This document shows positions 28,136-36,467 of a stretch of 64,000 nt of DNA, piece after piece; within the stretch, counting starts at the first letter, position 1, and each line of letters opens with the position of its first letter. Made by a program: the position numbers and the translations under genes. Origin of the DNA: a virus (Duplodnaviria > Caudoviricetes). Location of the stretch: IMG/VR virus record IMGVR_UViG_3300033073_000981, positions 3,142 to 67,141 of that record; one strand, 5' to 3'. The notes below the pieces were generated by a model. The model saw nothing but the letters and a program-made list of their open reading frames with translations, ran no database searches and was not told the DNA's origin.

Positions 28136-28845
28136 ACAAGCACATCAGAAGAATCAAGGGTAAGAATTTTTCTGATTTACAGATAATAATTCTTTCCGCA
28201 GGAATTGGCTCTAGGACTAAATCTTACGAGCCAAGATGCTTATTAAAATACAACAACAAAACTATACTAGACAATCAGCTAGATATCATATCTGAAGTAT
28301 TTCCTAAATCTGAAGTAAGTGTCGTTGGTGGATTTGATATTAATAGAATTATTAAAAAAATAAATAAAAGGGCAAGAGTGGTAGAAAATCAAATTTACCA
28401 AGATACAAATAGCGGAGAAAGTTTAAAACTCGCAGTAAATAATTCATTACTAGATAATATTTTATTTTTACATGGCGACCTAATCATATCTCCTGAAATA
28501 TTTGATGGAGTAGATATGAGATCATCATTCTTGCTAACAGAAAATAAAAATAAGTTTGAAGATAAAGAAGTTGGAATAACGGTTGTAAATGGATACGCTA
28601 GCGTATTATCATATAATCTTCCAACAAAATGGTGTCAAATTGCATATCTAAGCGCCACTGAATTAGATATTTTTAAGAAATTATTAGCAAGGCAGGATTT
28701 TAATACAAAATATCTACTAACATTTGAAATCATAAATAAGATTATTGAAAATGGTGGCAAATTTAGATGTTTTGACATAGAAGATAGTTTTATAAAAGAA
28801 GTAGATAACTTAAAGGATATTAATAATGAAATTACTAGTAGATAA
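28132..28845 (+). CDS. NTP transferase (sugar/choline-phosphate nucleotidyltransferase-like)
   Basis: IILSAGIGSR...PRCLL, NSGESL, LFLHGDL, EVD. Confidence 0.82.
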   Translation: MNKHIRRIKGKNFSDLQIIILSAGIGSRTKSYEPRCLLKYNNKTILDNQLDIISEVFPKSEVSVVGGFDINRIIKKINKRARVVENQIYQDTNSGESLKLAVNNSLLDNILFLHGDLIISPEIFDGVDMRSSFLLTENKNKFEDKEVGITVVNGYASVLSYNLPTKWCQIAYLSATELDIFKKLLARQDFNTKYLLTFEIINKIIENGGKFRCFDIEDSFIKEVDNLKDINNEITSR

Positions 28846-29578
28846 AACACTTATATCTTACGCAACGCCGGTTGTTTTTTCTGGTTATTCAGCGTCTCAG
28901 CATAACACTGATATTATGCCGACTTTTGATATATTTGATTCATATGAACCAGAAATATATTTAGCAGATGCTGATTTATTGAACAATACAGTCTATAAGG
29001 CAATAGAAGAAAGACCAGCTTTAAAAGTCTGTGTATTACAAAAAACATTGGGCGACCACCCAAAAAAGAAAGAGTTTGAAGACAGGTTTGGAAATTTATA
29101 TAATTGGATATATGACGATGGGAATGCGGATTTATATTTATATAATAAACCACAATATATCAAAGAGTACAAGGCAGATCTAGTTTCTATTGAAGACTCA
29201 ATAAAAGATATTCTTGATGGATTGCAAGTTCCAGATTCATTTATATTTAGAATATTTTCAAATACAATAGTTCACAGCAAAAGATATTGTGGGATTGTGC
29301 CAGATCAATTTAAAAAGAATATTTTTAAATCATCTAAATTCAGCATATCAGAAAATGCAAACTTTTTCAACTCTGCTATATGTGATTGTTTCCCTTTCAA
29401 ATCAACAGAATTTACCATTGATGACTTATATACAGACAAGTCTAGGGAATTAAAAGAATTAAAAGAGAAAACCTTATCAAGTAAAACCACATTTCATTTT
29501 GTTTCGAAAATTCTTGAACAGAATGGATTTGAAAAAGAAGCTAAAACAATTTCTGATAAGATGAAGGAGCTTTTATGA
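28826..29578 (+). CDS. hypothetical protein, possible divergent GT-B
   Basis: 250-aa coupled ORF in the cluster; DIFDSYEPEIYL resembles GT-B N-domains. Confidence 0.45.
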   Translation: MKLLVDKTLISYATPVVFSGYSASQHNTDIMPTFDIFDSYEPEIYLADADLLNNTVYKAIEERPALKVCVLQKTLGDHPKKKEFEDRFGNLYNWIYDDGNADLYLYNKPQYIKEYKADLVSIEDSIKDILDGLQVPDSFIFRIFSNTIVHSKRYCGIVPDQFKKNIFKSSKFSISENANFFNSAICDCFPFKSTEFTIDDLYTDKSRELKELKEKTLSSKTTFHFVSKILEQNGFEKEAKTISDKMKELL

Positions 29579-30021
29579 ATATAGGATTTGTAGTAAATCA
29601 TTTGGGGAATAGTGAACAAACTTATGAAATTATTAATTTGATAAATAGAATTTCAGCAAGTAATAACAGGCTTACGCCATATATATTTTTTCAGAATATA
29701 ATTAATCAATTTTTACAACCGCCGTGCTTGAGCATGAATATAACAGGTATATCAAATTTTAAAGGAAAAGCAGTAGCGTTTGGGCTTGACTCTGCACAAA
29801 TTATAAAAAATAATAATTCAAGTACAAGCAATTGGCTTGTGTTATGGGATATACCTTGGCTGTATAATGTTATCAATTATCCTATGTCAATTGAGCTTAT
29901 GAAAGATTTTAAAATAATTGTAAGGTCAGAGGATCATCGAGATATAGTAAAGAATTTTACAGGTAGAGATGATATTATTGTAGCAAAAAATGCAGATGAG
30001 TTATTAAAATGCTTGATGTAA
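29575..30021 (+). CDS. GT-B N-terminal-domain-like protein
   Basis: MNIGFVVNHLGNSEQ start typical of GT4 N-lobes; only 148 aa. Confidence 0.45.
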   Translation: MNIGFVVNHLGNSEQTYEIINLINRISASNNRLTPYIFFQNIINQFLQPPCLSMNITGISNFKGKAVAFGLDSAQIIKNNNSSTSNWLVLWDIPWLYNVINYPMSIELMKDFKIIVRSEDHRDIVKNFTGRDDIIVAKNADELLKCLM

Positions 30022-30785
30022 AAAAGATATCCAGTTTATACGATGAAGGAAAAAGTATTAGAGACATTGCTATGGTCTTTAATACATATCCAAACAAAAT
30101 AGCTAGAATATTAAAAAAGTCTGGTAAAGAACTAAGATCTAAAGAAGAGGCGGCAAAGCTAGCTGTTGAGTCCGGAAAGATAAAACCTCCTATGCTTGGG
30201 AAAACTAGAACACAAGCTGAGAAAGATAATATTAGCGCAAAGAGAGCTAAAAAATGGAAAGAGATGAGCGAAGAAGAATTAGAGTCTTTTAAAAAGTCCG
30301 CAAAAGATAGATGGGATCTTCAAAGCGAAGAAGAGAAGATTTACAAGCAGCAAAAAGCAGGAGAAGCTCTTCGTAGGGCAAGCATTGAAGGCTCAAAAGC
30401 AGAAAAATCTCTGTATAAAGAGTTGCTAAAATTGGGTTACGATGTTATAATACATAAGAAGGGATTGATTCCCGGAGAGAAGTACGAGGTAGATTTATTT
30501 CTTCCAAGTCTAATGGTAGCTATTGAAATAGACGGTCCTCAGCACTTCCTTCCTATATATGGCGAAGAACATCTAAACAGAACAATCAAATATGATAGTA
30601 TTAAAAACGGTGCGCTCATAGGACGTGGAATATGTATTATAAGAGTTAAGTATTTGTCAAAACATAACTCATCAGCTATAAATAAAAGAATTGCAGATCT
30701 AGTCAGTAACCAACTAAAGAAAATTGAACAGAAGTTTCCAGATCAAGGAAATCGTCTAATAGAATTGGAGATCGAAAGTGTTTGA
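30009..30785 (+). CDS. free-standing endonuclease (HTH + NUMOD3-like + Vsr/DUF559-like)
   Basis: GKSIRDIA HTH; GKTRTQAEKDNIS; EVDLFLP..VAIEIDGPQH. Confidence 0.72.
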   Translation: MLDVKKISSLYDEGKSIRDIAMVFNTYPNKIARILKKSGKELRSKEEAAKLAVESGKIKPPMLGKTRTQAEKDNISAKRAKKWKEMSEEELESFKKSAKDRWDLQSEEEKIYKQQKAGEALRRASIEGSKAEKSLYKELLKLGYDVIIHKKGLIPGEKYEVDLFLPSLMVAIEIDGPQHFLPIYGEEHLNRTIKYDSIKNGALIGRGICIIRVKYLSKHNSSAINKRIADLVSNQLKKIEQKFPDQGNRLIELEIESV

Positions 30786-31554
30786 AGACCAAGAATTGAA
30801 CGAAAGTGTTTTTGATGTTACTGTTCCAACAACAAATAAAATTGAAAGAGATAGCAATGAGCCAGATCAGCTATCGCCCGAATGGCATGACTATGTTATG
30901 TCACAATTTCAGGAATATGAGCTAGTAGAAATAAATGGAGAAAAGTATCCTAATTGCTATGGTCTTCGGCGTGTAGTTGAATCGTTAATTGGTACAATTG
31001 TAGAAAGCCGACCAACAAATCTAATTATCTCTCCAGATGCAACTGGCAACAATCCGGGTCGAGTAACGTGTACATATGAAGTAACAGTTAGAGACCATGA
31101 TAGCGGACAACTCAAGAAATATGGAGATGTTGCCGAAGTATTCTCTCTTAATTGCGATGACCTTTTCCTTGCTTATCCAGCCGCGACCGCTGTAACACGC
31201 GCAGAGGGCCGCTGCTTGCGTAAATTGCTCAAGGTTCGCTGTGTGGCAGCAGAAGAGCTTACACGCAACAAGAACGTTGGAGAGGCTGTTAAAGCCGTTA
31301 TTAAGTCAACGCCAACTGACGGGTCATATCAGGAACAAGATCCTATTAGTGGCGCACAAATCAAAGCTGTTGAAAGCCGATGCAACATCTTAGGAATCGA
31401 TGTCATGAGCTTTATCAATAACTATGAAGATGGTAAAAAGTATAATAAGTTAGAAGATGTTCGTAAAAGAACAGCTATTACAATGATCGGCTTGCTTAAT
31501 GAATATCAAAACAATAAGCAACCAATTCCTTCAAATATATTGAAAGGTACATAA
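30778..31554 (+). CDS. putative single-strand annealing protein (Rad52/Sak-like)
   Basis: GLRRV...VTCTYEVTV...AVTRAEGRCLRKLL pattern; GTG start; fold call is inference. Confidence 0.5.
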   Translation: MFEDQELNESVFDVTVPTTNKIERDSNEPDQLSPEWHDYVMSQFQEYELVEINGEKYPNCYGLRRVVESLIGTIVESRPTNLIISPDATGNNPGRVTCTYEVTVRDHDSGQLKKYGDVAEVFSLNCDDLFLAYPAATAVTRAEGRCLRKLLKVRCVAAEELTRNKNVGEAVKAVIKSTPTDGSYQEQDPISGAQIKAVESRCNILGIDVMSFINNYEDGKKYNKLEDVRKRTAITMIGLLNEYQNNKQPIPSNILKGT

Positions 31555-31557
31555 CGC

Positions 31558-31899
31558 ATGAGTTTTACAATTACAAAAGGTCCAAACGGAGTTACTATTG
31601 GTGCAACTGGAGATACTCATAAAGAAGTATTTCAACAAATTGCTGATCTTGAAGAAGTCTTCGGAGTTCAAAAATGCGGCAAGTGCCAATGTCCTGATAT
31701 TCGATTTGTAGTTCGAACAGTTGACGATAATGACTACTACGAATTCCACTGTAGAAATCTAAAATGTAAGGCAAGACTTGCATTTGGTCAGAATAAAAAA
31801 GGTGGTGGACTTTTTCCAAAGCGTAAAGATAAAGATGATCAGTGGCTACCAGATGGCGGCTGGTTGAAGTGGGATAAAGACAAGAATAAAGAAGTATAA
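31558..31899 (+). CDS. zinc-binding hypothetical protein
   Basis: CGKC...C..LKC. Confidence 0.65.
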   Translation: MSFTITKGPNGVTIGATGDTHKEVFQQIADLEEVFGVQKCGKCQCPDIRFVVRTVDDNDYYEFHCRNLKCKARLAFGQNKKGGGLFPKRKDKDDQWLPDGGWLKWDKDKNKEV

Positions 31900-31966
31900 T
31901 CGGTATCTTAATAAAAGTAGGTTTGTTGTTTACCTATCTGAAAGATGCTGATGATCCAAAAGCAAC

Positions 31967-31995
31967 AAAAAAGCCCCTTTACAGGGGCTTTTTTT
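31967..31995. terminator. bidirectional intrinsic terminator between the convergent blocks
   Basis: AAAAAA-GCCCCT-TTAC-AGGGGC-TTTTTTT. Confidence 0.9.
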
Positions 31996-32090
31996 ATTCG
32001 CCATAGCTTGGCGCTGCTCATCTTCAGCTATGGTATCGGAAACACATGGGGGTCAGAAGCAGCAGAAACTACCCCCATTTCTTCCTCGAA

Positions 32091-33071
32091 TTATAGATAT
32101 TCAAGAGATACATATAATCCATAATTTGTTTTACTTCCAATACTTAAAGGAGAAGCAGAAAGAGCAACTCTCCAAGTATGGACTGTATCATATCCAGTAC
32201 CACCATAAGTATAATCTATATTTGATCCAACACCAGTATTATATGGGCCAAAAGTAAGTGACGGAATATATGTTGTTTGTTGATCATTTTTAATATATTG
32301 TGCATACTTTGGATAAAGATTTGGATATACCCCAGTATTTAAGCCCTGTCCTCCACTTCCGGGGGAATCAAGCAATGGTACAATTAATCCGCTGCCTCCA
32401 ACTGTATCGAATCCCGGAGAAACAAGAGATGCAACAGCAGAGTCTGGATTTCCTGAACCTCTTTCATAATGATAGTCTGTATAGTTATAGAACTTTACAC
32501 CAACTGAATTTTGATAATATGGGCGAGTAGTTTTATCAGAACTGTAGATAGAGCCGCTCGGCCAAGGAGAACCCCACCAAAACGCATCGCCAAAACCATA
32601 ATTTGGACTTGTAGTAGCAGAACCAAAGGCCGCAAGCCATGCAGAATATGTTTTATTATTAAAGTTTACAATTTCGGCTACTTTAGTAATAACTCCACTT
32701 GCTGGTGAATCGATGCTAACTCTATCAAAAATTCTCAATTGAGCATTTTGAACTTTAACCGCTGAAGTGTGAGAAAAATTAATTGTTAGAGTTGCTTCTG
32801 ACATATTTGCGGTTGCAAGAGTTCCAGTAACTGCTGCAATACCAACCATACATCCGGTGGCATTAGGAGTGGCTACCGATCCTAAATATTTAACATTTCT
32901 TGCTTCGCCACCATTTGAAGTTCCGTCAGAATTTGTAATATATGTGCTACTTTGGTACTTCTGAGTTGAAACACTAGATCCCCATGTTGTTCCATAAAAA
33001 CCAAGCCCAGAACCGTTCACACCAACAACGCCAGAACTAGCGTCTAAAACTGAAAATGTAATTGCTGCCAT
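32091..33071 (-). CDS. putative virion structural protein
   Basis: 326 aa, Gly/Ser/Thr/Tyr-rich; SD AGGAGG; has its own candidate late motif. Confidence 0.6.
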   Translation of the reverse strand: MAAITFSVLDASSGVVGVNGSGLGFYGTTWGSSVSTQKYQSSTYITNSDGTSNGGEARNVKYLGSVATPNATGCMVGIAAVTGTLATANMSEATLTINFSHTSAVKVQNAQLRIFDRVSIDSPASGVITKVAEIVNFNNKTYSAWLAAFGSATTSPNYGFGDAFWWGSPWPSGSIYSSDKTTRPYYQNSVGVKFYNYTDYHYERGSGNPDSAVASLVSPGFDTVGGSGLIVPLLDSPGSGGQGLNTGVYPNLYPKYAQYIKNDQQTTYIPSLTFGPYNTGVGSNIDYTYGGTGYDTVHTWRVALSASPLSIGSKTNYGLYVSLEYL

Positions 33072-33111
33072 TAAAACCTCCTACGTAGGAAAAAGTGATA
33101 TATCACTATAC

Positions 33112-33119
33112 TATACACA
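33112..33119 (-). promoter_or_regulatory. candidate late-promoter motif TGTGTATA
   Basis: Immediately after the stop of 33120..33350 and upstream of ATG 33071. Confidence 0.45.
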
Positions 33120-33350
33120 TTACCATTTACTTAAGGGGCATTTCTCAGAGTTCCAAGAGGCTTTAATTTTTAAAAAGCAACCACAATGTTTGCACCTCTC
33201 TTGCTGACTATCAAATTGATCGCAAGTTTTACATATATTAAATCTTTTTTCAAAATCTTCATCTGATACTTTTTTTAATCCATCTGAAATATGATTAATT
33301 ACTGAATTTCCAAAATTTTTAGCAAGTGTAAAAACATCAGGATTACTCAT
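33120..33350 (-). CDS. small Cys-rich protein (DUF6171-like)
   Basis: RFNICKTC...CKHCGC...CPLSKW. Confidence 0.7.
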   Translation of the reverse strand: MSNPDVFTLAKNFGNSVINHISDGLKKVSDEDFEKRFNICKTCDQFDSQQERCKHCGCFLKIKASWNSEKCPLSKW

Positions 33351-33685
33351 AGTTCTAGTTCCTCAATTTCAGAATCGTCATTTGGCTTATAAAGCACTTT
33401 TAATGTAACTTCTGTATTATATCCCTTGTTAAAAAACTGCTTAAGTTTTGCTGTAGATTCGGGACCACAGTCAAGTCTCATGTTTACTGTGTGAGAAATG
33501 AAAGCGCCAATAGTCGGCTCGATAAGATTTTTTTCTGTACAAGGCGTGCATCCACCCGCATCATCTAACGCATCGACTATCCTAGATCCTGCTTCCTTTA
33601 AAAAGAAAAATTCTGGTACTGAATTATAAAACTGCTCATCCATTAATAATTTTTTTACTATTTCTTTATTCAAAACGATAATCAT
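33347..33685 (-). CDS. hypothetical protein with CxxC
   Basis: GCTPC; coupled ORF. Confidence 0.65.
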   Translation of the reverse strand: MIIVLNKEIVKKLLMDEQFYNSVPEFFFLKEAGSRIVDALDDAGGCTPCTEKNLIEPTIGAFISHTVNMRLDCGPESTAKLKQFFNKGYNTEVTLKVLYKPNDDSEIEELEL

Positions 33686-33696
33686 CCTAAATCTCC

Positions 33697-34980
33697 TTAA
33701 TTTACATCATTACATGAATACAAGATTGAATCATCACAACCCTTCGATACTATTTTACCATCATCAGTCAAATCAAGCGCCTGTCCATCTGGATATTTAA
33801 AAGAAGGATGTGCCATTGAAGTGAAATATATAGTTGCGTCACCAGCAGTTATTTTGGCATTAAAAATACAAGCACATATATTTCCATTTGCACCAGTTGA
33901 TGTAGTACATTTTTTATTACTTGCAAATACAGGCATGAGACTACCCGGCGCATATCCTTGATAAGCACATCTAATACAAGAAACTGCACCATTAACAGTT
34001 ACTTTGCCTAATCTACCTCCATTGCATCCACAATTAGTATTACCGCCACCCTGATAAATATACGTAAGGCTACCATTCATTGGAGAAAAATCTATCCCAG
34101 TTTCACCTTCTTTAACTTCTTTACCACTTGCATCTCCTTTAAATGCTGGACAAAAGTTTAATATTGATACTGGCAAAGTATTGAGATCAACATAAAATCC
34201 AAACTGGCATTTACTTTTATCGCCAGTAGCATTACATTCTTCAACAAGAACATCTGCAAATGGATAACTTGAACAACACAGTCCTTTTCCATATGGACCA
34301 GTAAATCTTTTAGCTGGAGGATCAGAACCCAATATATCTTCTAAAATAAATCCACCTACTTGTTTACCGTCATTGTCGCCAAAACATTTACAAAAATCAT
34401 CGCAACAAACAGATCTGCCACTACTCCAACCACCGCCACTAGCTCTTTTTTTTAGACAATCATAGTTATCTTCATGGGCATAACCTCTGGCTCTTGGGTG
34501 GGTTGACGCAGAAGATTGATAAGCAGGAAAATAAATAAAGTTAGGCTTTTGTTGTTTAGCTTTTTCATATAAGATTTCTTGAGAAGGAGGCCAAGGAGCA
34601 TCACAAACTTCAGGAACTTCTATGATATTATTAGGTGATAAATTTATGACCGCAGAATTAGGGACAGGACTTGGTGGAACAGCCCCTAAAGAATATGCAG
34701 TGCCTGCATTTAATCCACAGCTAATTGAAAATGTTTGACCTTCTTGCGTTTGAGATCCTGATTCTTGAGTTGTAGAAGAAGACATATCGCTAGGAATATT
34801 TCCACCACCAATAAAATACAACCCTTCTTTGCTAGCTTGCTTTCTTCTGAAGTATGTAGTAGAATAATTGAATAGTACAAATTTTCTAGTTCCGACCTCA
34901 ATTCCATCAAGTCTACCATAAGGAAATGTATTATCTGTAGACTCAAAATCAAATCCGTTTTTGCTTCTTAAACTATCCAT
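33697..34980 (-). CDS. Cys-rich tail-associated protein
   Basis: Likely start ATG 34980 (TAATG overlap); about 21 Cys by manual count. Confidence 0.65.
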   Translation of the reverse strand: MDSLRSKNGFDFESTDNTFPYGRLDGIEVGTRKFVLFNYSTTYFRRKQASKEGLYFIGGGNIPSDMSSSTTQESGSQTQEGQTFSISCGLNAGTAYSLGAVPPSPVPNSAVINLSPNNIIEVPEVCDAPWPPSQEILYEKAKQQKPNFIYFPAYQSSASTHPRARGYAHEDNYDCLKKRASGGGWSSGRSVCCDDFCKCFGDNDGKQVGGFILEDILGSDPPAKRFTGPYGKGLCCSSYPFADVLVEECNATGDKSKCQFGFYVDLNTLPVSILNFCPAFKGDASGKEVKEGETGIDFSPMNGSLTYIYQGGGNTNCGCNGGRLGKVTVNGAVSCIRCAYQGYAPGSLMPVFASNKKCTTSTGANGNICACIFNAKITAGDATIYFTSMAHPSFKYPDGQALDLTDDGKIVSKGCDDSILYSCNDVN

Positions 34981-36467
34981 TAGCAGGTCTTCTCGCAAGT
35001 AAAGTTATTGGGACAGTAATTAAATTGATTGTATGGTCGAATAGGATAATAATTATCATTTTGGCCTTTATGGGAACAGGTGCATCCTTTCTTTACAGAA
35101 GTGTCTGTAATTAAATCAGTGCCTTTTCCACCAGTCACATATTTTACGTTCATGCACTCTTCAAGTGTAAATCCGGGATAGTTCCAGCCACCATTAATGC
35201 TTTTATCATAATACTCTAAAATAGATTGCTTATGCGCTAAAACCCTAACAGTAACTTCTATTTCGGGAATTTCAAAAACTTCATCGAATACCTTATATCT
35301 TATTTCAGGGGTGTAAGCTCCTTCTTCTGCCACATCCCATCTATCATAATGCTTCTCAATTATATCAAAATATTTTAATTTTGTAGTTGAGTAATTATAT
35401 GTACTTTCAAATCCAGCTCCAAGTCCAAGATAACAAGAGGGCGCTATTCTAATAACTGCCCTTTCACACCTATATTTAAAAGCAGGATAAGAATACGTGC
35501 CGGGGTATCCAGCGTTTGGATAAGACATTCCGGTATCATGCTGAAATACTTTTTCAAAATGATTGCAAGCTGGCAAACTAGTTAACTTAATAGCAACTCC
35601 GAAATTCAGCATAATTTGATTGAATGGAGAATCAACTTCTTGACCAGTAATATCATTAAGAAGAGAATCTTCCATGACTTTACATGGACCATTTCCTTTT
35701 AATCCATATCTAACAGCAAGTAAATGAGCTTCACAACTTCTGTATATATCAGTAGTTGTTTGTATTTGTTTACCGATCCCTTTTAATCTCGCATTGAATC
35801 TGCCCGGTCTCCTAGTGTTTCTTAAATCGCATTCTTCTACGTCTATATTTGGCTTATTACAATCTTCATCTGGTTCATATATAAAAAAAACACTTCCGGT
35901 AACATTATCTCTAATAAATGCACCCATATGCCAGTGTTTGCTTCCATTACAAACGCACAAATTATTATCTAAAGGTCTTCCCCATGAACGAAACATTGGG
36001 CTATATTCTGGAGCTTCTAGTATAAATGGACTAGACTGATCAACTCTAGGGCCAGAACTAACTGTTCCCGGCTCTGGATATTGTCTAAAATCCTCTATCC
36101 CCGGTGTATTGCAATGTCCCATAATACCATATGCAGCACTACTAGTTCCATTAGACTTTGCTCTAAAATATACCGCACCTCTACCAACTAAATGGTTATT
36201 TTGATTTACCTCTTCTATAACCTTACAACCAGAAGCTATACCATTAACTATCGCGCTTGGAGGAGGATTAAGAGATGGAGGGGCATTGGGATCAGTTCCT
36301 ATCTGCATACTATTAGGGCCAAAATCAACTGTTATACCATTTGACGTTCCATGAGTTACCTGCATACCAACCATTTTCCATCTATGAAATAGTTTTCTAT
36401 TTCCAAATTCAAAAGCCTGTGGTATATAGTCAATTGGCATTATTATATCTGTATAATCACAATTCAT
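34980..36467 (-). CDS. Cys-rich tail-associated protein
   Basis: 495 aa, about 18 Cys by manual count. Confidence 0.65.
   Translation of the reverse strand: MNCDYTDIIMPIDYIPQAFEFGNRKLFHRWKMVGMQVTHGTSNGITVDFGPNSMQIGTDPNAPPSLNPPPSAIVNGIASGCKVIEEVNQNNHLVGRGAVYFRAKSNGTSSAAYGIMGHCNTPGIEDFRQYPEPGTVSSGPRVDQSSPFILEAPEYSPMFRSWGRPLDNNLCVCNGSKHWHMGAFIRDNVTGSVFFIYEPDEDCNKPNIDVEECDLRNTRRPGRFNARLKGIGKQIQTTTDIYRSCEAHLLAVRYGLKGNGPCKVMEDSLLNDITGQEVDSPFNQIMLNFGVAIKLTSLPACNHFEKVFQHDTGMSYPNAGYPGTYSYPAFKYRCERAVIRIAPSCYLGLGAGFESTYNYSTTKLKYFDIIEKHYDRWDVAEEGAYTPEIRYKVFDEVFEIPEIEVTVRVLAHKQSILEYYDKSINGGWNYPGFTLEECMNVKYVTGGKGTDLITDTSVKKGCTCSHKGQNDNYYPIRPYNQFNYCPNNFTCEKTC

Noticed and set aside
31936-31960. Hammerhead ribozyme (GAAA and CTGATGA close together)
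   Set aside because: Only 4 nt separate the motifs, so the required stems cannot form.
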